In this document: piece by piece, positions 1-11,300 of the stretch
Layout of the letters: the number at the start of each line of letters is the position of its first letter
How positions within the stretch are numbered: position 1 is the stretch's first letter
Source of the DNA: a virus
Virus record (IMG/VR): IMGVR_UViG_3300020424_000652
Reading direction: 5' to 3' (one strand)
DNA length: 64,000 nt
Notes under the pieces: model-generated
Told to the model about the DNA's origin: nothing
The model's database searches: none
The model's input: only the letters and a program-made list of their open reading frames with translations
Made by a program: the position numbers and the translations under genes

Positions 1-1
1 T

Positions 2-250
2 GCTTACTTAGATCATTTTAGGGTCAGACCCATTCCAGCTTCAAGCGATGATGTTGTGTATCAGATAGAACCACAATACCATCAAAGACCAGATTTGTTT
101 GCTTATGACATATACAACAATCCAAATCTATGGTGGGTGTTTTGTCAACGTAACATGGACACGATGGAAGATCCTATATATGATTTTAAATCTGGATCTA
201 AAATTTATGTTCCAAAAGGGGCCGCATTAAAGAATATACTAGGAGTATAG
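2..250 (+). CDS. Baseplate wedge subunit, T4 gp53-like (LysM-like); 5'-truncated by the window edge
   Basis: Frame is open from the window start (AYLDHFRVRPIP...). Motif RPDLFAYDIYNNPNLWWVF resembles gp53/tail-X; first gene of the baseplate block. Confidence 0.7.
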   Translation, partial: AYLDHFRVRPIPASSDDVVYQIEPQYHQRPDLFAYDIYNNPNLWWVFCQRNMDTMEDPIYDFKSGSKIYVPKGAALKNILGV

Positions 251-253
251 GCT

Positions 254-2764
254 ATGAGTGAAAGAATTATAGTTGACCTAGACAGAGCTGGCAAACTAGA
301 AAGCGAAATAGAAAAAAAATTACAAAGCGGACAGTCCATTGGAAGTGTCATGGACGAATCTCTTGCAGTCGTAAAAAACGAAATATTCCAAACAGAAGAA
401 CTAGGTGGTTCAGCAACAATAGATGTTGATTCAATTGTTGATGGTAGTACAAGTTCTTACACAGGAGCAACCACAACTAATAAAAAAGTAATTGCCAAGC
501 AAAACACAGAAGAAGTTGTGCTTGATGACATAGACTATGACGCTAGTTTTAGAAAAATGCGTGATCACAAAGTTGATACAATAAATTTAGTTGAAAACGT
601 GTTACACAAATATAGATCTTTCAACACAATATGGTCAATGTTTTGTCTTACACCAGAAGAAATGGCAGATCCAGACAACACATACATGACTAGCGAACCA
701 CAAACTGTTTTAATTAGAGGTGCAGGTGGAATAGGAAATTATCAAAGTGAAAGACGTCCTAAAACAAGATTAGAAAGAGCAGGCGGCAAAGTTGAATATT
801 ACATAGAAGATGTAAACATCAAATCAATAATAGGATCAAGTGGTCCAACCAGAATGCCTCCTGTGCATAATTTTAATTTTACTGTCAAAGAACCTTACAG
901 CATGGGACAGTTTTTAGAATTATTACAGATTTCAGCCATGCAGGCAGGTTATGAAACTTACATTGGATCGCCATTTTGTTTGATGTGCGAATTTATTGGA
1001 CACACAGACGATGACAAAACAGAAAGGGCTGGAAGAAGATTCTTTCCTATCCTTTTAAGTCAGTCCAATATGACTGTTGATGCGGGAGGTTGTGTATATG
1101 AAATACCAGCCATAACAACATCAATGGGAACCAATGCTGATAGTGTGCAAACAATTAAACAAGATATCACTATCATAGGTGGAACTGTAGAAGAAGCATT
1201 ACAAAGTGGATCACAAAGTTTAACAAGAGTTATTAATAGTGCATTACTAGATAGGGAAACAAAAGAAGAAACAACTTTCTCTGACGAATACATTATATTA
1301 TTTCCAAAATCAAAAGATCTTTCAAGTCGTAAGTTTAAAGGTGAACAGCAGGGAGATTCAGAAACATCTGCAACTTATGATCCTGAAAAAGAATATGCTT
1401 CAAGATACGGAGAAACCACAAGTGTGAGACAGGTTGATTATGAGACTTGGGTAAAAAACGTAACAGGATTTGCTGTGAAAAGATCAAAAACTTCAGATGC
1501 ACTCAAAGCCAACTCTTTAAAACAAGAAAACATAAATCAAATTGGTCAAGGAAAATTATTAACAGACAAGCTAGGTAAAGGTGGCATACGTCCTGGAAAT
1601 TACTATGCAAGTTATGACAAAGAAAAAAATGTATTTGAACAAGGGGCAATAAGCATTCCACAGGACAAGAGAGCATTCAAGTTTGAAAAAGGAACAAAAC
1701 TAAATCAAATTATCGAAGAGATGGTTGTGTCCAGTGAATGGGCTAAAAGCATTACAGATAAAGCAACTGACCCAGAAGGATTTAGAGATTGGTTTACAAT
1801 TCAAACAAAGATGTATTTTGTTCCTGTCAAAGACACAGCAGTTAAAAAAGGAAGAATGCCACGCATATATGTTTTCCAAGTTATTCCTTTCAAAGTACAC
1901 AGTTCAATTTGGCAGGCACCAACAGAGCCATCAAAAGGAACAAAGGAAATATATAGAAAACTTTCAAAGGTTTACAATTATCTGTACACAGGAAGAAACA
2001 AAGATGTATTAGAGTTTGACATCAGATACAACACAAGATTTTTAACAAATGCTCCACTTACCAAAGGTAAAGACACAGCACAACAACAAGACAAAGGTGA
2101 TTCAGCAACAAGTCAACAAAATCCTGATGAACAAAACATTACACAAAAAGAAGGTAAGAAGGAAGAAGAAAGAGTTTATCCTGTCAAGAATTTACAGGAC
2201 AGTGACATACAAGTTATTACTTCTGGTATGCGTGGTACAGATGCAAGTACCAAAGACATTATCGCAAGGGAGTTTCATCAAGCATTGATCAATTCAAACG
2301 TGGACTTGGTAAGATGTAGATTAAAGATAATGGGCGATCCTTGGTTTCTTTCTGACAGTGGCATGGGCAACTATCAAGCAGAAAGCAGTCCTATCATATT
2401 CAACACCAAAGACAGAACCATGGATTATGTGAGAGGATTTGTATACATTGGACTAAACTTTAGAACACCATATGATTACAGCAACAGAGGAATACTTGAA
2501 GGCGGAATGGTAGGAGGAGATTCTCTCAAAGTTCCACAGTTCAGTGGCTTGTATAGGGTAACTAAAGTTGAGCATGACTTTAGTGAAGGTCAGTTCACAC
2601 AGACACTTGAAATACTGAGACAAATGAATCAAACAGGAATTGATACCAAACAAAGTTCAGATTCAGCTCAGGACATAGGTGGTAATGTAAAAGGCAAAGA
2701 TGAAAGCAAGGAAGAAAAATTACCAGGATCATATCAAGATGCTAGTGGAGGAGTATTTGTATAA
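254..2764 (+). CDS. Baseplate hub protein (gp27/gpD-like)
   Basis: 836 aa. C-terminal IMGDPWFL...GLYRVTKVEHDFSEGQFTQTLEILR resembles the hub/late-control-D C-terminus; lies directly upstream of the gp5-like spike gene (TAATG coupling). Confidence 0.55.
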   Translation: MSERIIVDLDRAGKLESEIEKKLQSGQSIGSVMDESLAVVKNEIFQTEELGGSATIDVDSIVDGSTSSYTGATTTNKKVIAKQNTEEVVLDDIDYDASFRKMRDHKVDTINLVENVLHKYRSFNTIWSMFCLTPEEMADPDNTYMTSEPQTVLIRGAGGIGNYQSERRPKTRLERAGGKVEYYIEDVNIKSIIGSSGPTRMPPVHNFNFTVKEPYSMGQFLELLQISAMQAGYETYIGSPFCLMCEFIGHTDDDKTERAGRRFFPILLSQSNMTVDAGGCVYEIPAITTSMGTNADSVQTIKQDITIIGGTVEEALQSGSQSLTRVINSALLDRETKEETTFSDEYIILFPKSKDLSSRKFKGEQQGDSETSATYDPEKEYASRYGETTSVRQVDYETWVKNVTGFAVKRSKTSDALKANSLKQENINQIGQGKLLTDKLGKGGIRPGNYYASYDKEKNVFEQGAISIPQDKRAFKFEKGTKLNQIIEEMVVSSEWAKSITDKATDPEGFRDWFTIQTKMYFVPVKDTAVKKGRMPRIYVFQVIPFKVHSSIWQAPTEPSKGTKEIYRKLSKVYNYLYTGRNKDVLEFDIRYNTRFLTNAPLTKGKDTAQQQDKGDSATSQQNPDEQNITQKEGKKEEERVYPVKNLQDSDIQVITSGMRGTDASTKDIIAREFHQALINSNVDLVRCRLKIMGDPWFLSDSGMGNYQAESSPIIFNTKDRTMDYVRGFVYIGLNFRTPYDYSNRGILEGGMVGGDSLKVPQFSGLYRVTKVEHDFSEGQFTQTLEILRQMNQTGIDTKQSSDSAQDIGGNVKGKDESKEEKLPGSYQDASGGVFV

Positions 2765-4329
2765 TGGGTGACCTTCCACAAAAGAATACCAACATAGATA
2801 GAAACTCCAAGCACACAACCGTGGTTGCAAAACCAGGTCCATATGAAGCAAGGGTAATCAACAATCTTGATCCTGAATACCAAGGAGCTCTCACTGTACA
2901 GCTTTTGAAAACCAACACCAGTGGTAACGTTAACTTTGCAGAAGGTCAAGTTTATATTGCCAGATACCTTTCACCGTTTGCAGGACAAACACCATCTTGG
3001 GGTACAACAAAAAATGATACCTACAAGGATGGACAACAAAGTTATGGTATGTGGTTTGTGCCACCAGATGTAGGCACAAAGGTATTGGTGATATTTGCTG
3101 AGGGAAATCCTAATCTGTGTTATTGGTTGGGTTGTGTTAATGACAAGTTCATGAACCATTCCGTTCCAGATCATGCGGCATCAACTTTCACAACTGACGG
3201 CACACCAGATGATCTCAAGGGTAAAAAATTACCAGTAACAGAATACAACAAACAGATTGAGACTGGTTCAGGCATTGATCCTACAAAATTTAAAAAGCCA
3301 TATCAAAAATTGATAACGGAAACATTACAAGCACAGGGCTTGTTGGAAGATGAAACACGTGGTATCACAACATCAAGTGCAAGGAGAGAAGTTCCAAGTG
3401 CGGTGTTTGGAATATCCACTCCAGGACCTGTGGACAAGACCAGCGGATCACCAAAGGTCAGAGTTGGTACAAACGAAAACTTTAACAACATATTCAAGGC
3501 AAGATTGGGCGGAACGTCATTAACATTTGATGATGGAAATGATAAATTTTTAAGAAAAAAATCTCCAAGTGAAGAATCACCAGACTATGCAAATGTAAAT
3601 GTTGGTGAAACTGATGGTGATGTAACAAGACCACACAACGAGTTGGTACGTTTGCGTACACGTACAGGACATCAAATACTTTTACACAACACAGAAGACT
3701 TGATATACATTGGCAACAGCAGAGGTACTGCTTGGATTGAATTAACTTCAGACGGTAAGATTGATATATTTGCAGAAGACTCAATCAGTATGCACACCAA
3801 GAATGATTTCAATCTTACAGCAGACAGAAACTTTACCATTGAAGCGGGTGCTAATTTAAGTTTGAAAGCATCAGGTGATTATGTGGGAGACAAGATCCTC
3901 AAAGGAAGGGTACAGATAGAATCAAACAAAAACACAAACATACTTGTAGGCGGTAGCACAAAGATCACAACAACTTCAGACTTTGATGTAAACACAGGTG
4001 GAGCAAACAAACTTACAGCAGGAAGTACAACTGACATACTCAGCGGAGGCAACCATACAGAAACCGCTACCGAAATCCATATGAATGGACCGCAGGCGGC
4101 TACGGCCGCTGTCGCGTCCGCTCTGTCTACGCACCGCGTACCGGGTCATACGACCTACGGTATTCTTTCACAACGTTCTCCACAAGCTGAACCTTGGTCA
4201 CATCATGAGAACTTGAACCCGTTAGCATTTAAAGTTGCTGTAACTGATAGAGATTTGGTCACAACAGTGGCAAATCCATTACCAACACCAACTACTCCAG
4301 ACGTATTCAAAAAGGAGTTTAAAGCATAG
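2764..4329 (+). CDS. Baseplate central spike, gp5/VgrG-like (OB fold plus beta-helix)
   Basis: OB-fold motif GMWFVPPDVGTKVLVIFAEGNPNLCYWLG, then RTRTGHQILL and short-period beta-helix repeats ending IHMNG. Confidence 0.8.
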   Translation: MGDLPQKNTNIDRNSKHTTVVAKPGPYEARVINNLDPEYQGALTVQLLKTNTSGNVNFAEGQVYIARYLSPFAGQTPSWGTTKNDTYKDGQQSYGMWFVPPDVGTKVLVIFAEGNPNLCYWLGCVNDKFMNHSVPDHAASTFTTDGTPDDLKGKKLPVTEYNKQIETGSGIDPTKFKKPYQKLITETLQAQGLLEDETRGITTSSARREVPSAVFGISTPGPVDKTSGSPKVRVGTNENFNNIFKARLGGTSLTFDDGNDKFLRKKSPSEESPDYANVNVGETDGDVTRPHNELVRLRTRTGHQILLHNTEDLIYIGNSRGTAWIELTSDGKIDIFAEDSISMHTKNDFNLTADRNFTIEAGANLSLKASGDYVGDKILKGRVQIESNKNTNILVGGSTKITTTSDFDVNTGGANKLTAGSTTDILSGGNHTETATEIHMNGPQAATAAVASALSTHRVPGHTTYGILSQRSPQAEPWSHHENLNPLAFKVAVTDRDLVTTVANPLPTPTTPDVFKKEFKA

Positions 4330-4330
4330 G

Positions 4331-4336
4331 TAAATA
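4331..4336 (+). promoter_or_regulatory. T4-type late promoter core (TAAATA)
   Basis: TAAATA 5 nt before the ATG at 4342 in a 12-nt intergenic gap; the same motif precedes other virion genes. Confidence 0.6.
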
Positions 4337-4341
4337 TTGAT

Positions 4342-4773
4342 ATGGCAGAGTTATACAAAAAAATTACAGTTCCTTCAGGAGAAAACATACAACCAACTAC
4401 AACTAACCGTGCCTATAAAGGTATAAGCACAGTAAATCCTGAGAACAACAGCAAATCATTGTTTGATATAGCATTGATAAAACAAGACATCATTAATAGT
4501 TTTCATATCAAACAGGGCGAAAAGCTGATGAATCCAGAATTTGGAACCATTATATGGGATGCCATACACGAGCCACTGACAGAAGATTTAAAAGAAGCAA
4601 TAGCAAAAAATGTAAGTGATATTATTAATAGCGATCCTCGTGTAGTTGCAGGTACCATAGAGTGTGACAGTTACGAGAGCGGAATACTAATTGACGTAGA
4701 TTTGACATATCTACCATACAATATTTCGGAACGTTTGAGACTTAAATTTGACGAAGATGCTGGACAGTTTTAA
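4342..4773 (+). CDS. gp25: Baseplate wedge/sheath initiator, gp25 (GPW/gp25 family)
   Basis: 143 aa with QGEKLMNPEFGT and DPRV motifs; located between gp5-like and gp6-like genes. Confidence 0.85.
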   Translation: MAELYKKITVPSGENIQPTTTNRAYKGISTVNPENNSKSLFDIALIKQDIINSFHIKQGEKLMNPEFGTIIWDAIHEPLTEDLKEAIAKNVSDIINSDPRVVAGTIECDSYESGILIDVDLTYLPYNISERLRLKFDEDAGQF

Positions 4774-4795
4774 GTACGCACTTAATGGATTAAAA

Positions 4796-4801
4796 TAAAT
4801 A
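4796..4801 (+). promoter_or_regulatory. Late promoter core (ATAAATA)
   Basis: TAAATA in the intergenic gap, followed by AAGGA RBS and ATG at 4821. Confidence 0.65.
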
Positions 4802-4820
4802 CTTATAATAAGGAAAGCAA

Positions 4821-7800
4821 ATGTCATCGACAAATAGACAAAATAGATTATTGTTAGCTGAAGACTGGAAGAAGGTCTATCAGTCATTCAGAAATGCGGA
4901 GTTTAAGTCCTACGACTTTGATAATCTCCGTAGGACAATGATCAACTATTTGCGTCAAAATTATCCAGAAGATTTCAATGATTACATCGAATCAAGTGAG
5001 TACCTAGCATTAATTGATCTTATTGCTTTCCTCGGTCAAAACATTTCATACAGAATTGACTTGAATGCAAGGGAAAACTTTTTAGAGTTAGCTGAACGTA
5101 GAGAGTCAATACTGCGTTTAGCTAGACTTCTTTCTTATAATCCAAAAAGAAACCAAACAGCAAATGGTTTATTAAAATTTGAATCTATTGCAACCACTGA
5201 AGATATTGTTGACAGCAACGGAACAAATTTAGCAAACCAAACAGTATTATGGAACGATCCTGCAAACACTAATTGGCGTGAACAATTTGAAAAAGTTTTA
5301 AATGCCGCTTTGCCTGTAAACAGCATTGTAGGTAAACCAATTAAGTCAGACACAGTTGAAGGTGTTCCAACTTTCCAATATAGATTTGACGCAAGTAACT
5401 CAGATGTTCCTGTTTATACATTTAGTAAAAATGTTGATGGAAAAAATATGCAGTTTCAGGTTGTGTCAACAGATGTTAACGATGGTATCATTTATGAAGA
5501 AGCACCATTGCCAGGAAACAGTTTAGGATTTTTATACAGAGATGATGGAAGAGGACCAGGAAGTTCTAACTCAGGATATTTTGTACATTTCAGACAAGGA
5601 GTGTTAGATACTGGTACTTTCCAAATTGATGCACCAAGCACAAATCAATCAGTTGGTTTAGAAGCAACTAACATCAACAACACAGACATTTGGCTTTACA
5701 AATTAAATTCAATTGGTACTGAAGATCAATTATGGACCAAGGTTGATTCAGTAGAAGGAAATAATATTGTTTATAACAGTTTGCGTAAAAGTGTAAGAAA
5801 CATTTACGGAGTTTTAAGTAAAACACAAGATAAAGTTGATTTAATTTTTAGTGATGGAACTTTTGGAAACTTACCACAAGGCTCTTTTAGAACTTATTAT
5901 AGAACATCTTTAAATGATCAATATAATATTGTTCCTTCTGATCTTGTGTCAATTAGTGTAAACATTCCTTATACAAGCAAAGCAGGAAACAGTGAAACAA
6001 TAAGTTTAACACTTGAACTAAAATACACAGTTGATAACGCAACAGTATCAGAAAGTAATGCAAGTATTAGAGAGAATGCACCAGCAACTTATTATACACA
6101 AAATAGAATGGTTACTGGAGAAGACTATCAGGTAAGTCCGTTAAGCATAAGTCAAGAAATTATAAAAGTAAAAAGTGTAAACAGAACATCATCTGGCATT
6201 TCAAGATATTATGATCTTTTAGATGCAACAGGAAAATATTCAAGCACAAACTTATACGGTGCAGATGGAGTGCTATACAAAGATAGTTTCACAGAAAAGA
6301 CCAGTTTTACTTTTGTAACTAAAACAGATATACAAGGAACCATTGCAAATACAGTTACACCATTGTTAAGTAAAAAATCAATGGTAAATTATTTCTTAAC
6401 AAACTTTCCAAAAACATTAGTTGCTGACCTTGGTGCAAAATGGTCATCAACAAGCACAAAAACAAATATGTCAACAGGAAAATTTGTTGACTCTAATTCA
6501 ACGCCTTTACAAGTAGGATCATTTACTGCAAGTGCTTTAAAATTTATTGAACCTGGCACATTAATTAAATTTACTGCTCCTACAGGTTATCATTTTATGG
6601 CAGATAATTCACACAAATTAATGATTGGTTCGGCAGATCATAAAAATGCAATAACTTACAAATGGATGAAAGTTGTTAGTGTAACCGGAGATGGTACAAC
6701 TGATAATGCAGATGGCACAGGTCCTATAATTTTAAATGACATAATAGATTCTAATGCAATACTGTCTGAACTAAAACCTAAATTTAGTAAAACTTTACTT
6801 GCAGATGTGCAATCACAGATGACTGATCAAATATTTGCTTACAAGACATTTGGATTAAGATATGACAGTTCATTAAGACAATGGAGAATGATCACTGAAA
6901 ACAATTTAGATATTTCAAGTGCATTTAGCACAGGTAAAACAGGTGACGTCACTGACCAACAACTTGATGCAAGTTGGCTGTTGTTATTTGAAACTGATGG
7001 AGAGAAGTATACAATTACAACAAGAGGACAGAGATATATCTTTGAAAGTAATGAAGAAATAAGATTCTATTACGACAGCACACAAAAAATTTATGATAAT
7101 AGAACAGGACAGATTATAAAAGATAAAATTAAAATATTAAACATCAACACGCAACCTGATTCAACTTCACCATTCAATGTAGATTATCCATGGGAAATAT
7201 CTTCGGAATATAGAGATGGAGATGGATACATTGATAGCAAGAAAGTTGAAGTTACTTTCTTTGATTCAGATGATGATGGTGTTGTAGACGATCCAGAAAC
7301 TTTTGTAACCTTAGTAAACGAAACAACAAACGCACTTTCAAAATATGTATTCTTAAAAAAATACACAACAAGTGACGGAATAGAAGATTACAAATACATG
7401 GACAATTCAACAGGTACAGTAATTATTAAACAAAATGAAAGTTTTGTTGGTGCATTAAGTCAATACACTAATGGACAAGTGTTTTATCTAGTTACAGAAG
7501 GAGTGTTTAAAGTTTATAATTCATCTTCAGCTTCAATCGATTTAACAACAGATTACAAAGCATACATTGGTAGAGATGGATTAAAGTTCCATTACATACA
7601 TTCTGCAGATGATGATAGTAGAATAGATCCAAGTTCAAGCAACATTGTGGACACATATCTGTTAACAAGAACTTATGACACAAACTTTAGACAATATTTA
7701 GATGGTAACATTGAAAATTTACCATTGCCACCAAGCAGTGATAATTTGTTTAACAATTATGGATCGTCAATTAGTAAAATTAAATCTATCAGTGATGATG

Positions 7801-8387
7801 TAATATATCATCCTGTGAAATACAAAATATTATTTGGAGCAAAAGCAGATGCTCGATTACAGGCAAGTATAAAAATTGTTAAAAACCCAGACCAAGTTGT
7901 TAATGACAATGATATAAAAGCAAGAGTTGTTACTGCAATTAATCAATATTTTGCTTTAGAAAATTGGGATTTTGGTGATACTTTTCATTTCTCAGAGATG
8001 GCTACGTATGTAATGAACAAAACAGCGCCTGATCTTGTAAATCTTGTAATTGTTCCAAATCAAGAAAGTCAAGCATTTGGAAGTTTATATGAGATTAAAT
8101 CAGAAGCAGACGAAATCTTTATAAGTGCGGCAACAGTTGATGACATAGCAATTATTGATGCCATCACAGCAAGTAAACTTAAAGCGTCAGGCAATGTAGT
8201 TACAACAACTACAAGTGCTACAACAGGCGTAACAAGTGGTGCAACTTATACAACTGGATCAGTTTCAAGTTCATACAGCAATTCAAGTTCTACAAGTACT
8301 TCAAGTTCAAGTTCTAGTTCATCTAGTTCAAGTTCTTCAAGCTCTTCTAGTTCTTCAGGTGGCGGATCCTCTGGGAGTGGATACTAA
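4821..8387 (+). CDS. Baseplate wedge subunit, gp6-like, with Ser-rich C-terminal tail
   Basis: YDFDNLRRTMINYL...DFNDYIESS...ENFLELAERRESILRLARLLSYNPKR, FSDGTFG and ESNASIRENAP...QNRMVTGEDY are gp6/baseplate-J-type motifs. Confidence 0.85.
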   Translation: MSSTNRQNRLLLAEDWKKVYQSFRNAEFKSYDFDNLRRTMINYLRQNYPEDFNDYIESSEYLALIDLIAFLGQNISYRIDLNARENFLELAERRESILRLARLLSYNPKRNQTANGLLKFESIATTEDIVDSNGTNLANQTVLWNDPANTNWREQFEKVLNAALPVNSIVGKPIKSDTVEGVPTFQYRFDASNSDVPVYTFSKNVDGKNMQFQVVSTDVNDGIIYEEAPLPGNSLGFLYRDDGRGPGSSNSGYFVHFRQGVLDTGTFQIDAPSTNQSVGLEATNINNTDIWLYKLNSIGTEDQLWTKVDSVEGNNIVYNSLRKSVRNIYGVLSKTQDKVDLIFSDGTFGNLPQGSFRTYYRTSLNDQYNIVPSDLVSISVNIPYTSKAGNSETISLTLELKYTVDNATVSESNASIRENAPATYYTQNRMVTGEDYQVSPLSISQEIIKVKSVNRTSSGISRYYDLLDATGKYSSTNLYGADGVLYKDSFTEKTSFTFVTKTDIQGTIANTVTPLLSKKSMVNYFLTNFPKTLVADLGAKWSSTSTKTNMSTGKFVDSNSTPLQVGSFTASALKFIEPGTLIKFTAPTGYHFMADNSHKLMIGSADHKNAITYKWMKVVSVTGDGTTDNADGTGPIILNDIIDSNAILSELKPKFSKTLLADVQSQMTDQIFAYKTFGLRYDSSLRQWRMITENNLDISSAFSTGKTGDVTDQQLDASWLLLFETDGEKYTITTRGQRYIFESNEEIRFYYDSTQKIYDNRTGQIIKDKIKILNINTQPDSTSPFNVDYPWEISSEYRDGDGYIDSKKVEVTFFDSDDDGVVDDPETFVTLVNETTNALSKYVFLKKYTTSDGIEDYKYMDNSTGTVIIKQNESFVGALSQYTNGQVFYLVTEGVFKVYNSSSASIDLTTDYKAYIGRDGLKFHYIHSADDDSRIDPSSSNIVDTYLLTRTYDTNFRQYLDGNIENLPLPPSSDNLFNNYGSSISKIKSISDDVIYHPVKYKILFGAKADARLQASIKIVKNPDQVVNDNDIKARVVTAINQYFALENWDFGDTFHFSEMATYVMNKTAPDLVNLVIVPNQESQAFGSLYEIKSEADEIFISAATVDDIAIIDAITASKLKASGNVVTTTTSATTGVTSGATYTTGSVSSSYSNSSSTSTSSSSSSSSSSSSSSSSSSSGGGSSGSGY
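8301..8357 (+). repeat. Poly-serine tract (19 consecutive Ser codons) within a T/S/G-rich tail ending GGGSSGSGY
   Basis: Read directly; encoded by mixed TCA/AGT/TCT/AGC codons. Confidence 0.9.
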
Positions 8388-11300
8388 TGGCCTATAATGC
8401 AAACCAAGAAGAATATCCATTACCGGCAGGAGATCAAAGTAAAGCCCAGCACCGCAGAACAAGTGCGGAACATCTTCCTAAATATTTTAGAACTGCACAC
8501 AATAAAAAGTTTTTAAGTGCTACACTTGATCAATTACTAAATCCAGGTGTCGCTGAAAAAATTAGTGCATACTATGGCAGAAGAATAGCAACTGCTCGTA
8601 AGGCGGCAGACACTTATGTATCTGACGTTAGCACTGAAAGAGAAGAATATCAGTTTGAACCAGCAACTGTAATCAAAGATAATTTAAACAATGTAACTTT
8701 TTACAAAGATTACAATGATCTTAAAAATCAAATCAAAGCATTCAACGGAACAGTAGACGATGACAGCAAAGCATTTAGACAAGAATACTATGCTTGGAAT
8801 CCGCACATTGATTGGGATAAATTTACAAACTTTAGAGATTACTATTGGCTACCAAACGGACCATTGTCAATACCTGTAACAGGACAAGCTAAAGGAATTA
8901 CAAGTACCTACAAAGTAACCAGCATTGACAACTTAGATAACAAGGCATACGTTTTTACTCCAGATGGAAAAACAAACAATCCTACCTTAAAACTTTATAG
9001 AGGTCAAACATATAAGTTTGAAGTTAATACTCCTGGAATGCCTTTAAGTTTCAGAACTGCAAGAACTTTAGACAATGACTATCTATACAGCTCAGGCATA
9101 AGTGATAGCACTCATTCTACTGATGTTGGCACAATAGAATTTACAGTAGACTTACTTGCACCAGACACTTTATATTATGTAAACAGTAATGATATTAATG
9201 CAAGTGGGCTTATTCAAGTATATGATGTTTTAGAAAACTCTGCTATAGATGTTGAAGCAGAAATACTGGGCAAGAAAACTTACAAGATGACCAATGGCTA
9301 TGAAATGTCAAATGGTATGAAAGTTAATTTTGAAGGCACAGTAACACCTGCCAAATATGCTACGGGCAGTTGGTATGTAGAAGGTGTAGGAGATGAAATT
9401 AAACTTATTGCTGAACAAGATGTAATGATACCTGGTACATATTCAACAAGCAGAGCCAATCCTTTTGACTCTGAAGGATTTGACAGAAGTCCTTTTAGTA
9501 CTGCCAGTGCTTATGCAGATGCACATGATTACATTGTACAAAATAGATCAGCGACAAGTAGAAGTCCATGGTCAAGATATAATAAATGGTTTCATAAAAG
9601 TGTGCTTGAAAATATTGCAACAATACTTGACGAACCAGCAGACATAAATCAAACAGGTAGAGCGGCAAGGCCTATTATAGAATTTGATGCTCAATTAAAA
9701 TTGTATGGCTTTGGTACACAGGCAAAAGATGATGTTGATCTATTAGACACATTTACAGCCGACGTGTTTAGTACAATAGAAGGTGCAATAGGTTACAATA
9801 TTGATGGAGTAGACGTAGGTGACAATATGAGAATATTGTTCACAGCTGATCCAGATACAAGAGTAGCAGGTAAAATTTTTAAAGTAAAATTTATTACACA
9901 TAACAACGTTAGACAGATAAGCCTTATTGAAGAAACAGATTCATCTCCATTAGAAAATGAGTGTGTGCTTGTACAACAAGGAGAAACTTACAAGGGCAAG
10001 ATGTGGTATTACAATGGTACCAAATGGTTAGCTGGACAAGAAAAAACATCAGTAAACCAAAGTCCAACCTTTGACTTGTACGATGTTAATGGAAATGATT
10101 TTAAAGATGCAACAACTTACCCAAGTTCTACTTTTACAGGAACAAAACTTTTCAGTTACAAACGTGGAACAGGAGCCAATGATAGTGTTTTAGGTTTTCC
10201 TTTAACATACAGAGCATTAGTAAACACAGGAGATATTGTATTTGATTTCAATCTACTTACTGATACTTTTACATATCAACAGATGAACGCAACGTTTTCT
10301 GGAAAAACAGATGTAGGTTTATTAAGAAGATATACAGATAGAACAACATTTACATACGCATCTGGTTGGACAAAAGGATATGAAGAAAGCAAACAGTTGG
10401 TGCGTAGACAATATATTGTAAACACACAGCTAAATGACTTTGCTATTGATGTTTACAATAGAAGTGGTGACATTAACGATTTATGGGCAAGAGTTTATGT
10501 AAACAATAAAGCAAAATCAAGCGGAGTTGATTACACAATAAACAGATTAAATGGAATTGCTTATATAAGATTTGTAAATGATTTAGCTGTTGATGATATA
10601 TTAGTTATTAAAACAAAAAGTGCAACAGTTAAAAATTCAAATGGTGTTTATGAAATTGCAGGAAACTTAGAACGTAATCCTTTGAATGATAACATTGGAA
10701 GTTTTACTTTAGGAGAAGTAAATGATCATGTGTCTAGTATTGTTGAAATGCGTGATGACTTTTCTGGCGTGTTTCCAGGCACTGGAAATTTAAGAGACCT
10801 TGGAAACTTATCTGCATATGGAACAAGATTTATTCAATCAAGTGGACCTTTTAATTTAGCAAATTATCATGTAACAAGCAAAGATGCAAACATTGTTCAT
10901 TCATTAAGATTTGCAAGAAAAGAATATGGCAAATTTAGAAAGTTATTTTTACAAACAGCAACTGGTTTAGGATTTGATGGAGCAACAAAAATACACTTTG
11001 ACAAAGTGATGGAAGAATTAAACAAAAGTAAAACCAACGATATGCCGTTTTACTTTAGTGACATGATTGGTTATGGAACGTTTAAGAAATCTACACACGT
11101 TGTTGAAAATACATCTACTCAGTATTATGCTTTGGCAACAAATTTTGATCTTACAGCTTTATCAAATAGAGCTGTCAGCATTTACATCAACGGAGTTCAG
11201 TTGATACATGGCACTGATTACAAATTTGAATCCGCCTATGCAGGCTTTGTAACAATTACAAAAACAAAAGCTATAAATGATGTAATTGAAATATTTGAAT

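Noticed and set aside
4087-4162. tRNA or ribozyme in the GC-rich patch
   Set aside because: No acceptor stem, TTC loop or known catalytic core on either strand; kept only as a hairpin observation.
8281-8357. TCAAGT/TCTAGT repeats as CRISPR or a phase-variable microsatellite
   Set aside because: Imperfect in-frame Ser codons with no spacers; it is a protein low-complexity tract.
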